Shown here in pieces: positions 46,916 through 58,191 of a stretch of 64,000 nucleotides of DNA (position 1 is its first letter; the number at the start of each line of letters is the position of its first letter). The DNA is taken from NCBI GenBank assembly GCA_964413425.1, contig CAYPST010000003.1, positions 15,336 through 79,335 of the forward strand. The letters run 5' to 3'. The notes beneath the pieces were generated by a model. It saw nothing but the letters and a program-made list of their open reading frames with translations, had not been told where the DNA came from and ran no database searches. This DNA comes from an uncultured bacterium (lineage in GTDB: Bacteria; Fidelibacterota; JAANXI01). Both the position numbers and the translations under genes were made by a program.

Positions 46916-48079
46916 ATGGAATTGAGCCGACGAAAATTTCTTGGAGCATTAGCCGGTACGATATCAGCTGCCGGAATATATCAAATCGCTCAACCCAGCC
47001 CTGCCTATATACAGCATGTTCCATCGTATTTGAGTGAATATAATAAGACTTATTCACAGGAACCCCGGGAAGCAGCGCTCCAATGGTTCCAGGACGCGAA
47101 ATTCGGACTCTTTATGCATTACGGAATTTATAGCATCGTGGGCTTGGGGGAATGGGTGCAGCTCCGCCAAAAAATCCCGGTAGCTGAATACGCCAAACTT
47201 AAAGATCGGTTTACCGCCCAGAGTTTTGATCCCGATTTTATCACGGACCTGGCCCTGGCTGCCGGTATGAAATATGTAAATATCACCTCCCGGCATCATG
47301 ATAGTTTCTGCCTGTTTAGTACGAAGCAGACCGATTTTAATAGCGTCAACTCTCCGGCCGAGAGAGATTTGGTGGGAGAACTGGTAGAAGCCTGTCAGAA
47401 GAAGGGTTTGGGCCTGTTCCTGTATTACTCCTATGCACTGGATTGGCGGCATCCATACTTTTATTCCAGAGAAGCCACCACACAGGGAGAGGTGCAATGG
47501 GGAGCGGCCCGGCCCGACTATGACCATCCGCAACCGGAATATAAGTTCGAGAAGGACGCCGATTTTCAGCACTATATCGAATTCGTCCATGCTCAGTTGA
47601 AGGAATTATTGACCCAATATGGACCTCTTGCCGGTATCTGGCTGGATCCGATTATGGGGTATTACAGCCGGCCCGACCTGTTCCCGATTGATGAGACCTA
47701 TGCCTTAATTCGTTCGCTCCAACCGCAGGTGTTAATCTGTTTCAAGCAGGGCGCCAACGGTGACGAGGATTTCGTTGCTCCCGAAAGAGATCCCCGGGCG
47801 CATCCACGGGGTGGGACTGTGGCCCGGATGGCCTGGGAGCGCAATAAAGGGAAGCCCATTGAAATCTGCAATACGTTACAACCACGTACCTGGGGCTACG
47901 ATATGCGTAACGCCCAGGAGCACCGCACTGCGGATGACGTGATGCAGATGCTGGCCCATGCGAATAAGGTAAACGCCAACCTGGTGTTGAATACCGGTCC
48001 GTACTATGACGGGTCGATTCATCCGGAGGATGCTCAGACGCTGCGGAATGTTGGTCAGAGGTTGGAAAAGAAGAAATGA
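46916..48079 (+). CDS. alpha-L-fucosidase, GH29 (Tat signal)
   Basis: SRRKFLGALAGTISAAG signal. WFQDAKFGLFMHYGIYSI ... NITSRHHDSFCLFST. 387 aa. Confidence 0.8.
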   Translation: MELSRRKFLGALAGTISAAGIYQIAQPSPAYIQHVPSYLSEYNKTYSQEPREAALQWFQDAKFGLFMHYGIYSIVGLGEWVQLRQKIPVAEYAKLKDRFTAQSFDPDFITDLALAAGMKYVNITSRHHDSFCLFSTKQTDFNSVNSPAERDLVGELVEACQKKGLGLFLYYSYALDWRHPYFYSREATTQGEVQWGAARPDYDHPQPEYKFEKDADFQHYIEFVHAQLKELLTQYGPLAGIWLDPIMGYYSRPDLFPIDETYALIRSLQPQVLICFKQGANGDEDFVAPERDPRAHPRGGTVARMAWERNKGKPIEICNTLQPRTWGYDMRNAQEHRTADDVMQMLAHANKVNANLVLNTGPYYDGSIHPEDAQTLRNVGQRLEKKK

Positions 48080-48147
48080 TAATTCCCTTGCAGAGAAAAT
48101 AGAACTGAGAACTACTGCTCTATGATGGAAGCAAGAAAGGAGACAGA

Positions 48148-48582
48148 ATGCTCATCGGGATATCCCCTTTGTTCAGCCCGGAGTTGCTGGCGGCAATTTA
48201 CCGGATGGGCCACGGAGATGAACTGGTGCTGGCGGATGCGCATTTTCCGGGGGAATCAACAAATGATTATATTATCAGGGCGGATGGCCATCGAATCACA
48301 GATTTGCTGGACGCAATCCTCCCGCTGTTTGCGCTGGATACCTACGTTGACTCTCCGATCCTCATGATGGAGGCGGTCCCGGGCGATACGCTTGATCCTG
48401 CAGTGGAAGAGAGCTATCGTGCGGTTATCGAAAGCCACTGGCCAAATGTCCCGGCAGTGAAGCGTCTCGAACGCTATGCCTTTTATGAAAGAGCCAGCGA
48501 CGCATTTGCAGTGGTGATGACCGGGGAAACAGCAAAATACGGGAATATCATTCTCAAAAAGGGTGTTACTCCCATCGAATAG
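48148..48582 (+). CDS. fucU: L-fucose mutarotase (RbsD/FucU family)
   Basis: [34 protein letters not shown] matches the FucU N-terminus (MLKGI.PLLSPELL..L..MGHGDEIV.ADANFP). 144 aa. Confidence 0.85.
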   Translation: MLIGISPLFSPELLAAIYRMGHGDELVLADAHFPGESTNDYIIRADGHRITDLLDAILPLFALDTYVDSPILMMEAVPGDTLDPAVEESYRAVIESHWPNVPAVKRLERYAFYERASDAFAVVMTGETAKYGNIILKKGVTPIE

Positions 48583-48682
48583 CGCAAAGTGCAAAGAATA
48601 ATCTCCGGAGATGTACAAATTCTGTTTGTTCATGCAGATAACAGGAAAATATATGGAATACAAACACAAAAGGAGCTCGTGA

Positions 48683-50503
48683 ATGGCTACTACTGATGAT
48701 TTGACGATGAATGAACCGCAGAAGCGTTTACACGGTACACTGCCCAAGATTGGTATCCGTCCGGCCATCGATGGAAGGCGGGGCGGAGTACGGGAGTCAT
48801 TGGAAGATCAGACCATGGACATGGCAAAATCTGCAGCGCGTTTTCTGGAGGACAACTTACGACATCCCAATGGGATGCCGGTGGAATGCGTGATCGCCGA
48901 TACCTGCATCGGCGGGGTTGCGGAGGCTGCCATGGCTGCTGAGAAATTCGAACGCGAAGGGGTCGGCGTCTCACTAACAGTCACTCCCTGCTGGTGCTAT
49001 GGCTCTGAGACCATGGATATGAATCCGTTACTGCCGAAAGCTGTCTGGGGATTTAACGGGACCGAACGTCCCGGAGCTGTGTATCTGGCGGCGGTACTGG
49101 CTGCGCATAATCAGAAGGGATTACCTGCGTTCAGTATTTACGGAAGGGATGTTCAGGATGCCGGGGATACCTCCATTCCGGAAGATGTCCGGGAAAAATT
49201 ACTGCACTTTGCGAAAGCCGGGTTAGCGGTCGCGGAAATGCGCGGGAAATCCTATCTCTCCATGGGATCCGTCTCTATGGGGATTGCAGGCTCCATGGTG
49301 AATGAGGACTTCTTTGAGGATTATCTGGGTATGCGAAATGAATATGTGGATATGTCCGAGCTGACCCGCAGGATTGAGGAAGAAATTTACGATAAGGACG
49401 AATTTGAAAAGGCACTGGAATGGGTGAAGGCAAACTGCAAAGAGTTCCAGGATCCGAATCCTCGGGAGAAACAGTTCTCCAGAGAAGAAAAGGATGACAT
49501 CTGGGAAACGGTGGTGAAAATGGCGCTGATTGCCCGGGATCTCATGGTGGGGAATCCGCGGTTGACTGAATTGGGATACCAGGAAGAGGCGCTGGGGCAT
49601 AACGCTCTAATTGCCGGATTCCAGGGACAGCGACAGTGGACGGATTATTTTCCCAATGGTGATTTCATGGAAACCATTCTGAATACCTCTTTTGACTGGA
49701 ACGGGATTCGGGAACCCTACTTGCTGGCCACTGAAAATGATACCTTGAACGGCGTTTCCATGATGTTCGGCCATCTGCTGACCGATACCGCGCAGATATT
49801 TGCAGATGTCAGAACATTCTGGAGTCCGGAAGCGGTGAAACGGGTGACCGGGAAAAAGTTGAAAGGGCAGGCGGAACACGGGATTATTCATTTAATCAAT
49901 TCCGGATCCGCCACGCTGGATGGAACCGGGAAGCAAGCCAGAAACGGAGATCCGGTAATGAAACCCTGGTGGGAGATCACCCCGGAAGAGGCCAGAAAAT
50001 GTCTGAATGCCACCGAATGGGCGCCGGCCATCAATGAATATTTTCGCGGGGGCGGGTTCTCGTCGTTGTTTCTTACTGAAGGCGGGATGCCGGTGACCAT
50101 GTTCCGGATTAATCTGATTAAAGGGCTGGGACCTGCATTGCAGCTGGCGGAAGGATACACTGTGGCATTACCTGAGGAAGTCCATGATACGTTAAACCAG
50201 CGCACTGATCCGACGTGGCCTACCACCTGGTTCGCACCGGTTCTCACAGACCAGGAGCCATTTAAAGACGTCTATTCGGTCATGTACAATTGGGGTGCAA
50301 ATCATGGGGCCATCAGCTACGGCCATATTGGCGACCAGCTGATTACATTGGCATCTATGCTCCGGATTCCTGTGAATATGCATAATGTACCTGAAGACCG
50401 GATCTTCAGACCAAGTGCCTGGGGTATGTTCGGGGCGATGGATCATCAGGGCGCCGATTACCGGGCCTGTGAGAATTTTGGCCCCCTTTATGGGAAACAA
50501 TAA
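48683..50503 (+). CDS. fucI: L-fucose isomerase
   Basis: 606 aa, collinear with FucI throughout ([20 protein letters not shown] ... [16 protein letters not shown] ... TWPTTWFAP ... [12 protein letters not shown] ... [14 protein letters not shown] ... [11 protein letters not shown]). RBS AAAGGAG. Confidence 0.9.
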   Translation: MATTDDLTMNEPQKRLHGTLPKIGIRPAIDGRRGGVRESLEDQTMDMAKSAARFLEDNLRHPNGMPVECVIADTCIGGVAEAAMAAEKFEREGVGVSLTVTPCWCYGSETMDMNPLLPKAVWGFNGTERPGAVYLAAVLAAHNQKGLPAFSIYGRDVQDAGDTSIPEDVREKLLHFAKAGLAVAEMRGKSYLSMGSVSMGIAGSMVNEDFFEDYLGMRNEYVDMSELTRRIEEEIYDKDEFEKALEWVKANCKEFQDPNPREKQFSREEKDDIWETVVKMALIARDLMVGNPRLTELGYQEEALGHNALIAGFQGQRQWTDYFPNGDFMETILNTSFDWNGIREPYLLATENDTLNGVSMMFGHLLTDTAQIFADVRTFWSPEAVKRVTGKKLKGQAEHGIIHLINSGSATLDGTGKQARNGDPVMKPWWEITPEEARKCLNATEWAPAINEYFRGGGFSSLFLTEGGMPVTMFRINLIKGLGPALQLAEGYTVALPEEVHDTLNQRTDPTWPTTWFAPVLTDQEPFKDVYSVMYNWGANHGAISYGHIGDQLITLASMLRIPVNMHNVPEDRIFRPSAWGMFGAMDHQGADYRACENFGPLYGKQ

Positions 50504-50654
50504 GCGGGCGAATTGGTGTGGCACCGGGAGATATACTCGGGGCGGCGCTCGTCGCATAGATTAAAATCAGGGAGAATTTCTCTTCGGGTGTTGAGCGGGG
50601 GTGTAGCCTGCCCGCGAAAGAACATGTATTTTCAGCCGGAGCACCTGAATATGA

Positions 50655-52016
50655 TTGAAAACCCACGGGGAGCAATTTATGAAAATCAAATTTGTCTCTA
50701 AGATGGCCGGGATGTTGTTTCTGAGCCTCTCATTGCTTTTGTGTCCCCTGCTGGCGCAGGAGGGTAATAAACCTGAACGCCTGGAATGGTTTCAGGATCT
50801 GGGCCTCGGGCTGTTCATTCATTGGAGTGTAGACAGCCAGATTGGATCCGTCATCAGCCATTCTCTGGTCGGCGCTTCGGATCAGTACGTGAAAAAGTTC
50901 ATAAATGAATTGCCCGGCAGCTTTAATCCCACTGAATTTCATCCGGATGAATGGGCCCGGCTGGCGAAACTGGCCGGGATGAAATATGTGGTGTTTACCG
51001 CCAAGCACCATTCGGGGTTCTGTATGTTCGATACCGAGACCACGGATTTCAATATCATGCATACGCCCTATGGCAAAGATATTACTGCGGAATTGGTTAA
51101 GGCGTTTCGAGCCCGGGGAATTGCCATAGGGTTCTACTTTTCACCGGATGATTTTCATTTCCTCTACAAACAGGGCACCACCATCAGCAGGCGTCGTCCG
51201 GAAGTATTTCCTGTGAACAATCCGGAGCTCATGCAGCATGATAAAGCCCAGATAAAAGAGTTACTTACCAACTATGGCCCGGTGGATATTATATTTATTG
51301 ACGGGCCGGCCGAAGGGTTGCGCGAATGGTGCTGGGAACTCACTCCCGATATTGTGGTCACGCGTGGTGCGATGGAAACGCCGGAAATCAGCGCATCCAC
51401 GGGACAACAGCTGCCCGGGGAAACGAGTATTGATCCGTGGGAGGCGTGCTACACCATGGGCACTTCCTGGCAGTGGAAACCCACCAATGAACGGTATCGC
51501 AGCGGCACGGATTTAATTGAACAACTGATTGAAGCCCGGGCAAAGGGGGGTAATATGCTGCTGAACATCGGGCCCAAACCAAACGGAGAAATACCGATGG
51601 AGCAGGAAGAACGGCTCCGGGAGATGACGCTCTGGAATCTGGTGAACGGAGAGGCTATTTATAATGTTCGTCCATGGATACTGACCAATGAAAAAAATAT
51701 CTGGTTTACCAGAAGCAAAGAGGATAATACAGTCTATGCTATCATTACCCAACCGGATTGGGAGTGGGGTGAAGAAAAAACGGTAACGCTGAAATCAGTG
51801 GGGGTGCATGATAATTCCAATATCACTGTCCTTGGACAGAGCGGAAAAGTCCTGGAATATAATCCTGATGTGACACCCGAAACCACATGGATTGCCGGTG
51901 AGGCCGGATTATATATTACCGCGACTCGCGCCCAGCGGCTGTATAATGATCGCACCTGGCCGAATCCGGTGGTGTTGAAAATCACGAATGCGGAGCCAGC
52001 TGAGCGATATAAATGA
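50655..52016 (+). CDS. alpha-L-fucosidase, GH29 (second subfamily; paralog of 55138-56535)
   Basis: Signal peptide. ERLEWFQDLGLGLFIHWSVDSQIGSVISHSL ... KYVVFTAKHHSGFCMFDT ... GGNMLLNIGP. 453 aa. Confidence 0.85.
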   Translation: MKTHGEQFMKIKFVSKMAGMLFLSLSLLLCPLLAQEGNKPERLEWFQDLGLGLFIHWSVDSQIGSVISHSLVGASDQYVKKFINELPGSFNPTEFHPDEWARLAKLAGMKYVVFTAKHHSGFCMFDTETTDFNIMHTPYGKDITAELVKAFRARGIAIGFYFSPDDFHFLYKQGTTISRRRPEVFPVNNPELMQHDKAQIKELLTNYGPVDIIFIDGPAEGLREWCWELTPDIVVTRGAMETPEISASTGQQLPGETSIDPWEACYTMGTSWQWKPTNERYRSGTDLIEQLIEARAKGGNMLLNIGPKPNGEIPMEQEERLREMTLWNLVNGEAIYNVRPWILTNEKNIWFTRSKEDNTVYAIITQPDWEWGEEKTVTLKSVGVHDNSNITVLGQSGKVLEYNPDVTPETTWIAGEAGLYITATRAQRLYNDRTWPNPVVLKITNAEPAERYK

Positions 52017-52128
52017 TATGTCTGAGTTATATCAATGGATGACCGGTGACCGGAAAATATGCCATTACCTTACGACTACCGAAAGAGACTGTCAATAAGC
52101 AATTAGATTCAGGAGAAGAGATTCTGCT

Positions 52129-53391
52129 ATGACATCAAAAAAGTTGACTGCGTTCAAAGCACCGTTGGTTCCGTTTGCGCTCATCACAAGTTTGTTCTTC
52201 ATGTGGGGACTGGCCAACAATATGACTGATACCCTGCTGGCGGCTTTTAAGCGGATTATGAGTTTAACCGATTTTCAGACGTCATGGATTCAGATGGCAT
52301 TCTATGGGGCGTACTTCTGTCTTGCGCTTCCCGCTGCGATTTTCATCAAGCGATTTACGTACAAAGCAGGAGTATTACTTGGGCTCGGCCTCTTCATTAT
52401 TGGGGCATTGTTGTTTTACCCATCAAGCCTGACCATGACTTATTTCCATTTTCTGGCTGCGCTGTATATTCTCGCGGGTGGCTTATCCATTCTTGAAACC
52501 ACCTCGAATCCGTATATTATCGCTATGGGGCCGGCCGAGACCGGGACGCAACGGTTAAACCTGGCACAATCATTCAACCCCATCGGTTCGATTACCGGAG
52601 TGATCCTCAGTAAGTATTTCATTCTCTCCCACCTGAATACGGCTTCAGCTGAAGAACGGGCGATGATGAGCCCTGAACAGTTACAATCTGTGCAGGCCCA
52701 GGAATTAAATGCGGTCATGGGACCGTATGTGGGTGTAGCGCTTCTGCTGGTGGTGCTCTGGATGATTATTGCCGTTCGGGATATGCCGGCAGTTTCGGAG
52801 AAAAAAGTAAAAATCGATCTCCTGCCGACTCTCAAACGGCTGCTCAAGCGAAAACAATATGTATGGGGAGTGGTGTCGCAATTTTTCTATGTGGGCGCAC
52901 AGATTGGTGTCTGGTCGTTCACTATTCGCTACGTTATGCAGGAGTTGCACATTCTGGAAGCAGCAGCGTCCAGTTACTATCTGGCTGCTCTGGTTCTGTT
53001 CGCCCTTTTCCGGTTTGTGAACACCGCGCTGATGAAATTCATTACCCCGGGTATTCTTCTCACGAGTTCGGCGCTCCTCGGAGGTGTGGCTACTCTGATT
53101 GTGATATTCGGAGGTGGCATGGCGGGCGTGATAGCACTGGTTTCCGTCTCCGCATTCATGTCGCTGATGTTCCCGACAATCTATGGTCTGGCAGTAGAGG
53201 GATTGGATTATGGCGACACGAAAATTGCCGGCTCGGGTCTGATAATGGCGATTCTCGGCGGGGCAGTGTTGACGGCCATCCAGGGGAAAATCTCGGATGC
53301 CACCGGCAGTATTCATCTGGCATATTTTGTCCCGTTCGTGTGCTTTGTGATTATTTCGTTCTATGGAAGGTTGGGGTTTAAAAAATCCTGA
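52129..53391 (+). CDS. fucP: L-fucose:H+ symporter permease (MFS)
   Basis: LVPFALITSLFFMWGLANNMTDTLLAAFKRIMSLTDFQTSWIQMAFYGAYFCLALPAAIFIKRF matches the conserved FucP N-terminal region. 12 TM. 420 aa. Confidence 0.85.
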   Translation: MTSKKLTAFKAPLVPFALITSLFFMWGLANNMTDTLLAAFKRIMSLTDFQTSWIQMAFYGAYFCLALPAAIFIKRFTYKAGVLLGLGLFIIGALLFYPSSLTMTYFHFLAALYILAGGLSILETTSNPYIIAMGPAETGTQRLNLAQSFNPIGSITGVILSKYFILSHLNTASAEERAMMSPEQLQSVQAQELNAVMGPYVGVALLLVVLWMIIAVRDMPAVSEKKVKIDLLPTLKRLLKRKQYVWGVVSQFFYVGAQIGVWSFTIRYVMQELHILEAAASSYYLAALVLFALFRFVNTALMKFITPGILLTSSALLGGVATLIVIFGGGMAGVIALVSVSAFMSLMFPTIYGLAVEGLDYGDTKIAGSGLIMAILGGAVLTAIQGKISDATGSIHLAYFVPFVCFVIISFYGRLGFKKS

Positions 53392-53466
53392 TATAACCAG
53401 GCTATGTGTGGAAATTTCGTGGTTACAGTAACATCAAAATAAAAGCATCTTGAACCAACAGAAGGA

Positions 53467-54903
53467 GTGAGAGCTATGCGAAGATATTTTTCAAAGAACA
53501 GAGGAGGAAGACATTTGTTAATATTGCTGCTGGTGGGGTTGATGATTACAGGTTCGGGGGTGAGGAACTCAGTCTCGGCCGAACAACCTGCCCAGCAGAA
53601 TTATCTCGATGAAACCAAACTGGAACGCGATATGCGCATGGACTGGTGGCGGGACGCCCGGTTCGGCATGTTTATTCACTGGGGGTTGTATGCAGTTCCG
53701 GCCGGCGTCTGGAAGGGCGAACAAATTTCCGGCATCGGCGAATGGATTATGGCCAGTGCGAATATCCCGGTGAACGAATACGAGAAACTGGCTGATAAAT
53801 TCAACCCGGTCAAATTCAATGCTGCCGAGTGGGTCAGGCTGGCCAAAGAAGCAGGGATGAAGTATATCGTCATCACATCAAAACACCATGACGGATTTGC
53901 TCTCTGGGATTCCGGGGTGTCGGATTATGATGTGGTGGATCTCAGCCCCTATCAAAAGGATATCCTGGCGGAGTTAACCAGGGAGTGCGAACAGCAGGGT
54001 ATCGAGATGTGCTTCTATCATTCCATTCTGGACTGGCATCATCGGGCCCAGTATGTGGATCCGGACGCGGAGAATCCCCGTGCAGGGCACGCGAGTAACA
54101 AGATCCACGCCGACCGGAAGCACGAATACGTGCGGTATATGAAGGAGCAGCTGAAAGAGTTGATTACCCGGTTTGACCCCGGCGTGCTCTGGTTTGATGG
54201 TGAATGGACCGATTGGTGGACCCGGGAAGACGGGATCGAACTGTATAATTATATTCGAACGCTGAAAGAGGATCTCATTGTGAATAACCGGATTGGATCC
54301 GGACGACAGGGTATGCAGGGCATGGATCGCGGCGAAGGCTATGCCGGCGATTTCGGGACACCCGAACAGGAAATACCCGATACCGGTCTGCCGGGCGTGG
54401 ACTGGGAAACCTGCATGACCATGAACGATACCTGGGGATACAAATCCTGGGATGAGAACTGGAAATCCACCGAAACCCTGATTCGGAACCTGGTGGATAT
54501 CGCTTCCAAAGGCGGTAATTATCTGCTGAATGTTGGTCCGAAAGCCGATGGCACCATCCCGGCTGAGAGTGTGCAGCGACTGAAAGAAATTGGCGAATGG
54601 ATGAACGTGAATGCCGAATCTATCTACGAAACCACAGCCAGCCCGTTCGAACAGCCGGACTGGGGACGGTATACCAAGAAAGCCGATGTCTTATATGCGC
54701 ATGTCTTTGAATGGCCGGGAAGCGGACAGTTACGGATTCCCGCCATACAGCAGGAAATTGCCGCAGTGTCACTGCTCACTGGAGATGGCGAGAAAGCACT
54801 ACAGTTTAACCAGTCCGGGTCCGGTGTGACCGTTTCATTACCCCGGATAGCACCGGATAATATCGATTCGGTGGTGAAGTTGCAAATGGAAGAATTATGG
54901 TAA
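53467..54903 (+). CDS. alpha-L-fucosidase, GH29
   Basis: Signal peptide. WWRDARFGMFIHWGLYAVPAG ... KYIVITSKHHDGFALWDS ... GGNYLLNVGP. 478 aa. Confidence 0.85.
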   Translation: MRAMRRYFSKNRGGRHLLILLLVGLMITGSGVRNSVSAEQPAQQNYLDETKLERDMRMDWWRDARFGMFIHWGLYAVPAGVWKGEQISGIGEWIMASANIPVNEYEKLADKFNPVKFNAAEWVRLAKEAGMKYIVITSKHHDGFALWDSGVSDYDVVDLSPYQKDILAELTRECEQQGIEMCFYHSILDWHHRAQYVDPDAENPRAGHASNKIHADRKHEYVRYMKEQLKELITRFDPGVLWFDGEWTDWWTREDGIELYNYIRTLKEDLIVNNRIGSGRQGMQGMDRGEGYAGDFGTPEQEIPDTGLPGVDWETCMTMNDTWGYKSWDENWKSTETLIRNLVDIASKGGNYLLNVGPKADGTIPAESVQRLKEIGEWMNVNAESIYETTASPFEQPDWGRYTKKADVLYAHVFEWPGSGQLRIPAIQQEIAAVSLLTGDGEKALQFNQSGSGVTVSLPRIAPDNIDSVVKLQMEELW

Positions 54904-55137
54904 AATAGATTCCCGGGCTTTCCAGTTGAAAAATACAGCGGATCGGGGGTATCTGAAGCTAACCGGGTCCGCTATATTCCTTCATATGGTGATAACACTC
55001 ATATCCTGATAATACAAAGGATTAGGTGGAGTGAGAATTCCTCCTTTTTGTTTAGCTATTCCGAATAATTAAGCGCAGATAAAAGCCAGCAGAAAAGTAT
55101 TGCGCCAAAGTATCAATAGAAAAAGGGTCGTGAGAAA

Positions 55138-56535
55138 ATGTTTGATAAGCACTGCCGCTTCATAAAATATATTCTCTTACTCAGCATTGTGTTTTCTTCT
55201 ACAATTATGTCCGTATCGTATGGGCAGGAAATTCATATTGATCGGAACAAGCCGGAGCGTAAAGAATGGTTCCAGTCTCTGGGATTTGGGATGTTTATCC
55301 ACTGGAGTCTCGATGTCCAGCTGGGAGCTATTATCAGCCATAATGTTGCCGTGGCATCGGATGAGTACATGGATCGATATTTTCAGGAGCTGCCGAAATC
55401 TTTTAATCCGAAACAGTTTGATCCCGAGGAGTGGGCATCCCTGGCAAAGCTTGCCGGGATGAAATATGTTGTATTTACTGCCAAACATCACAATGGATTC
55501 TGTATGTGGGATTCAAAGACCACGGATTTCGATGTTATGGAGTCCGGGTATGGAAAGGATATACTGAACCAGGTCATTTCAGCGTTCCGTGACCAGGGGT
55601 TGGGTATAGGGTTGTATTATTCCCCGGATGATTTTCACGTGCTCTATAAGCAGGGATATCCTCCAAGCAGAAGGACACCTGAGTCAGCCCCGGCTAATAA
55701 CCAAAAGCTGTGGGAAACTATTCAGGCACAGCTGAAAGAGTTGCTTGTGGAATACGGTCCCATAGACATTTTATTTCTGGACGAAAAATCCGACTGGGTG
55801 AATACCATGGTGGCTGACTACTGCTGGGATCTTGATCCGAATGTTGTAATCACAAGAGGCGGAATGGAGACTCCGGAGCAACGCCTGCCGAATCAGCCAA
55901 TTTCCGGTCCCTGGGAGGCATGTTTTACTATCGGATGGCACTGGCAGTATGTTGCAGGGGAACCCTATAAAGATCCTGCTGAAATTATCAATATGCTCAT
56001 CGAAACCCGGGCCAAAGGGGGGAATTTACTTCTGAATGTCGGCCCGAACGCCCAGGGGGTGATCCCGAAAAGACAGGAAGCCACCTTAAGAGAAATCGCT
56101 TTATGGTATTTTACCAATCATGAGGCGGTTGATAATATTCAACCATGGGAAGTCATCAGAGAAACCAAAACGCCGGATACGCGTGCTTCCCGACAGGTGA
56201 AGGAAATCGAGCGGATCTGGTTTACCAAAGATTCTGACAGGGAGGTGGTATATGCGTTTATCCCGGGAAAGAATTGGGCCTGGAGGGAACGGAAGGAATT
56301 CTTAATCCGATCGGTTACAGGCGGACCTGATACTGAGGTATCGGTGCTCGGACAGAATCAACAAGTGCTGGAATATGAGATTCAGAAGGATCCTGAAATT
56401 CACGCGGTACCCACGGATGAAGGGTTATATGTCAGTATCATTAAAGCACAGCGTTTGAATAAAACCTGGGACAATCCTCTGGTGCTCAAAATGGAGAATG
56501 TATCTTATCGAAAGCAAAGCCAATCCCGGGATTAG
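55138..56535 (+). CDS. alpha-L-fucosidase, GH29 (second subfamily)
   Basis: Signal peptide. ERKEWFQSLGFGMFIHWSLDVQLGAIISHNV ... KYVVFTAKHHNGFCMWDS ... GGNLLLNVGP. 465 aa. Confidence 0.85.
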   Translation: MFDKHCRFIKYILLLSIVFSSTIMSVSYGQEIHIDRNKPERKEWFQSLGFGMFIHWSLDVQLGAIISHNVAVASDEYMDRYFQELPKSFNPKQFDPEEWASLAKLAGMKYVVFTAKHHNGFCMWDSKTTDFDVMESGYGKDILNQVISAFRDQGLGIGLYYSPDDFHVLYKQGYPPSRRTPESAPANNQKLWETIQAQLKELLVEYGPIDILFLDEKSDWVNTMVADYCWDLDPNVVITRGGMETPEQRLPNQPISGPWEACFTIGWHWQYVAGEPYKDPAEIINMLIETRAKGGNLLLNVGPNAQGVIPKRQEATLREIALWYFTNHEAVDNIQPWEVIRETKTPDTRASRQVKEIERIWFTKDSDREVVYAFIPGKNWAWRERKEFLIRSVTGGPDTEVSVLGQNQQVLEYEIQKDPEIHAVPTDEGLYVSIIKAQRLNKTWDNPLVLKMENVSYRKQSQSRD

Positions 56536-56642
56536 CCATAATATTGCCTCAGGATTTGTAGCAATCCATAATTACACCGGCGCATATATGCAAAGAAAAA
56601 TATCGCAAATACCATAGGTTTTACATAAGTGGGAGGGAAAAA

Positions 56643-58097
56643 ATGAACCTATCGACAGGACGTGATATAACTTTTTCTCTATTGATGCTTTTTTATCTGA
56701 TTACTGTTATGGGTTGTGGTGTGCCTGAGCAACAGACAGAATACGAGTCATCCTGGGAATCCTTGACGCAGCACCGGGTACCGGACTGGTTTGACGATGC
56801 CAAATTCGGGATTTTTATCCACTGGGGAGTATATTCGGTCCCGGCGTACGATACTGAATGGTATCCCAGACATATGTACAGGAAAGGCTCGGATATTTTC
56901 CAATACCATGTGGAGAATTACGGTCACCCCTCCGAATTCGGATACAAGGATTTCATTCCCGAGTTCACCGCTGAAAACTGGGATCCGGAGGAGTGGGCGG
57001 AGTTGTTTCAGCAGGCCGGCGCCCGGTATGTGGTGCCGACGGCCGAGCATCACGACGGCTTCGCCATGTGGGACAGCGATCTGACCGAGTGGGATGCCAT
57101 GGACAAAGGCCCGCACCGCGACATCATCGGAGAGCTGGAGCAGGCCGTGCGGGCAAGGGGCATGAAATACGCTCCTTCTTACCACCGGGCATTTAACTGG
57201 TATTACTACACCTGTGCGGATGACTATGATACCTGTGATCCGCAGTATTCCGGCCTCTATTCCACGCCACATCCGGACCAGGAACATCCCACTGACGAGT
57301 GGCTCCGGAACTGGAAAGCGCGATGGGAGGAAATCCGTGATCGATACCAGCCTGATTTTCTGTGGTTCGATTTCGGATGGGGGGAAACGGCATTCCATCC
57401 ATACGCGAAAGAGATCATTGCCGAGTATTACAACCTTGCGCAGGAATGGGGCAAGGAGGTTGCAGTGGTGAATAAAACCATCCGGCGTCCGCCGATGATT
57501 CCAGAAGAGGTGGGCGATTTCATCGAACTGGACCATATGCGCATGGATACTATCAGCCTGCGAAAATGGGAATCTCCCACCTATATCGGCGGCGGATCCT
57601 GGGCGTATAATCAGGCGGCTTCTCCCGAAGAATACAAGAGCACCAATGAACTCGTCGATATGCTGGTGGATATTGTGAGTAAAAACGGGAACCTGCTCCT
57701 GGATGTCGGCCCCAAAGCAGATGGCACCATTATTGACATCGAAAGAGACCGGCTCCTAAAAATCGGACAATGGCTGGATGTCAACGGCGAGGCCATCTTT
57801 GACACCGATTACTGGACAACCTATGGCGAGGAGAATGTCCGGTTCACCAGAAAAGGAAGAGACGTCTTATACGCTATTGCGCTGGAGTGGCCTGGGGAAT
57901 CGCTTACACTCTCCACTCTGAAATCCTTGGCAGCTGAAGATGTGCGGTCAGTGGAGCTGCTGGGGAACGATGAATTACTGGAGTGGTCCATGACATCTGA
58001 TGGGATACAAATTATGGTACCGGAGGAAAAACCCTGCAACCATGCTTTCAGCTTTAAGATCACACTCGAGATACCGGTTCTGGATATTGAATTATAG
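56643..58097 (+). CDS. alpha-L-fucosidase, GH29 (lipoprotein signal)
   Basis: LITVMGCG lipobox. VPDWFDDAKFGIFIHWGVYSVPAY ... YVVPTAEHHDGFAMWDS ... GNLLLDVGPKADG. 484 aa. Confidence 0.85.
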   Translation: MNLSTGRDITFSLLMLFYLITVMGCGVPEQQTEYESSWESLTQHRVPDWFDDAKFGIFIHWGVYSVPAYDTEWYPRHMYRKGSDIFQYHVENYGHPSEFGYKDFIPEFTAENWDPEEWAELFQQAGARYVVPTAEHHDGFAMWDSDLTEWDAMDKGPHRDIIGELEQAVRARGMKYAPSYHRAFNWYYYTCADDYDTCDPQYSGLYSTPHPDQEHPTDEWLRNWKARWEEIRDRYQPDFLWFDFGWGETAFHPYAKEIIAEYYNLAQEWGKEVAVVNKTIRRPPMIPEEVGDFIELDHMRMDTISLRKWESPTYIGGGSWAYNQAASPEEYKSTNELVDMLVDIVSKNGNLLLDVGPKADGTIIDIERDRLLKIGQWLDVNGEAIFDTDYWTTYGEENVRFTRKGRDVLYAIALEWPGESLTLSTLKSLAAEDVRSVELLGNDELLEWSMTSDGIQIMVPEEKPCNHAFSFKITLEIPVLDIEL

Positions 58098-58191
58098 CAT
58101 GGGATTGGGGGAGAAGGTGTAATAGACTAATTTAAAATTATATATTTTTAGTAGATAGTCCGCGAATGCTAGTAAACTACCGGAGAGTACT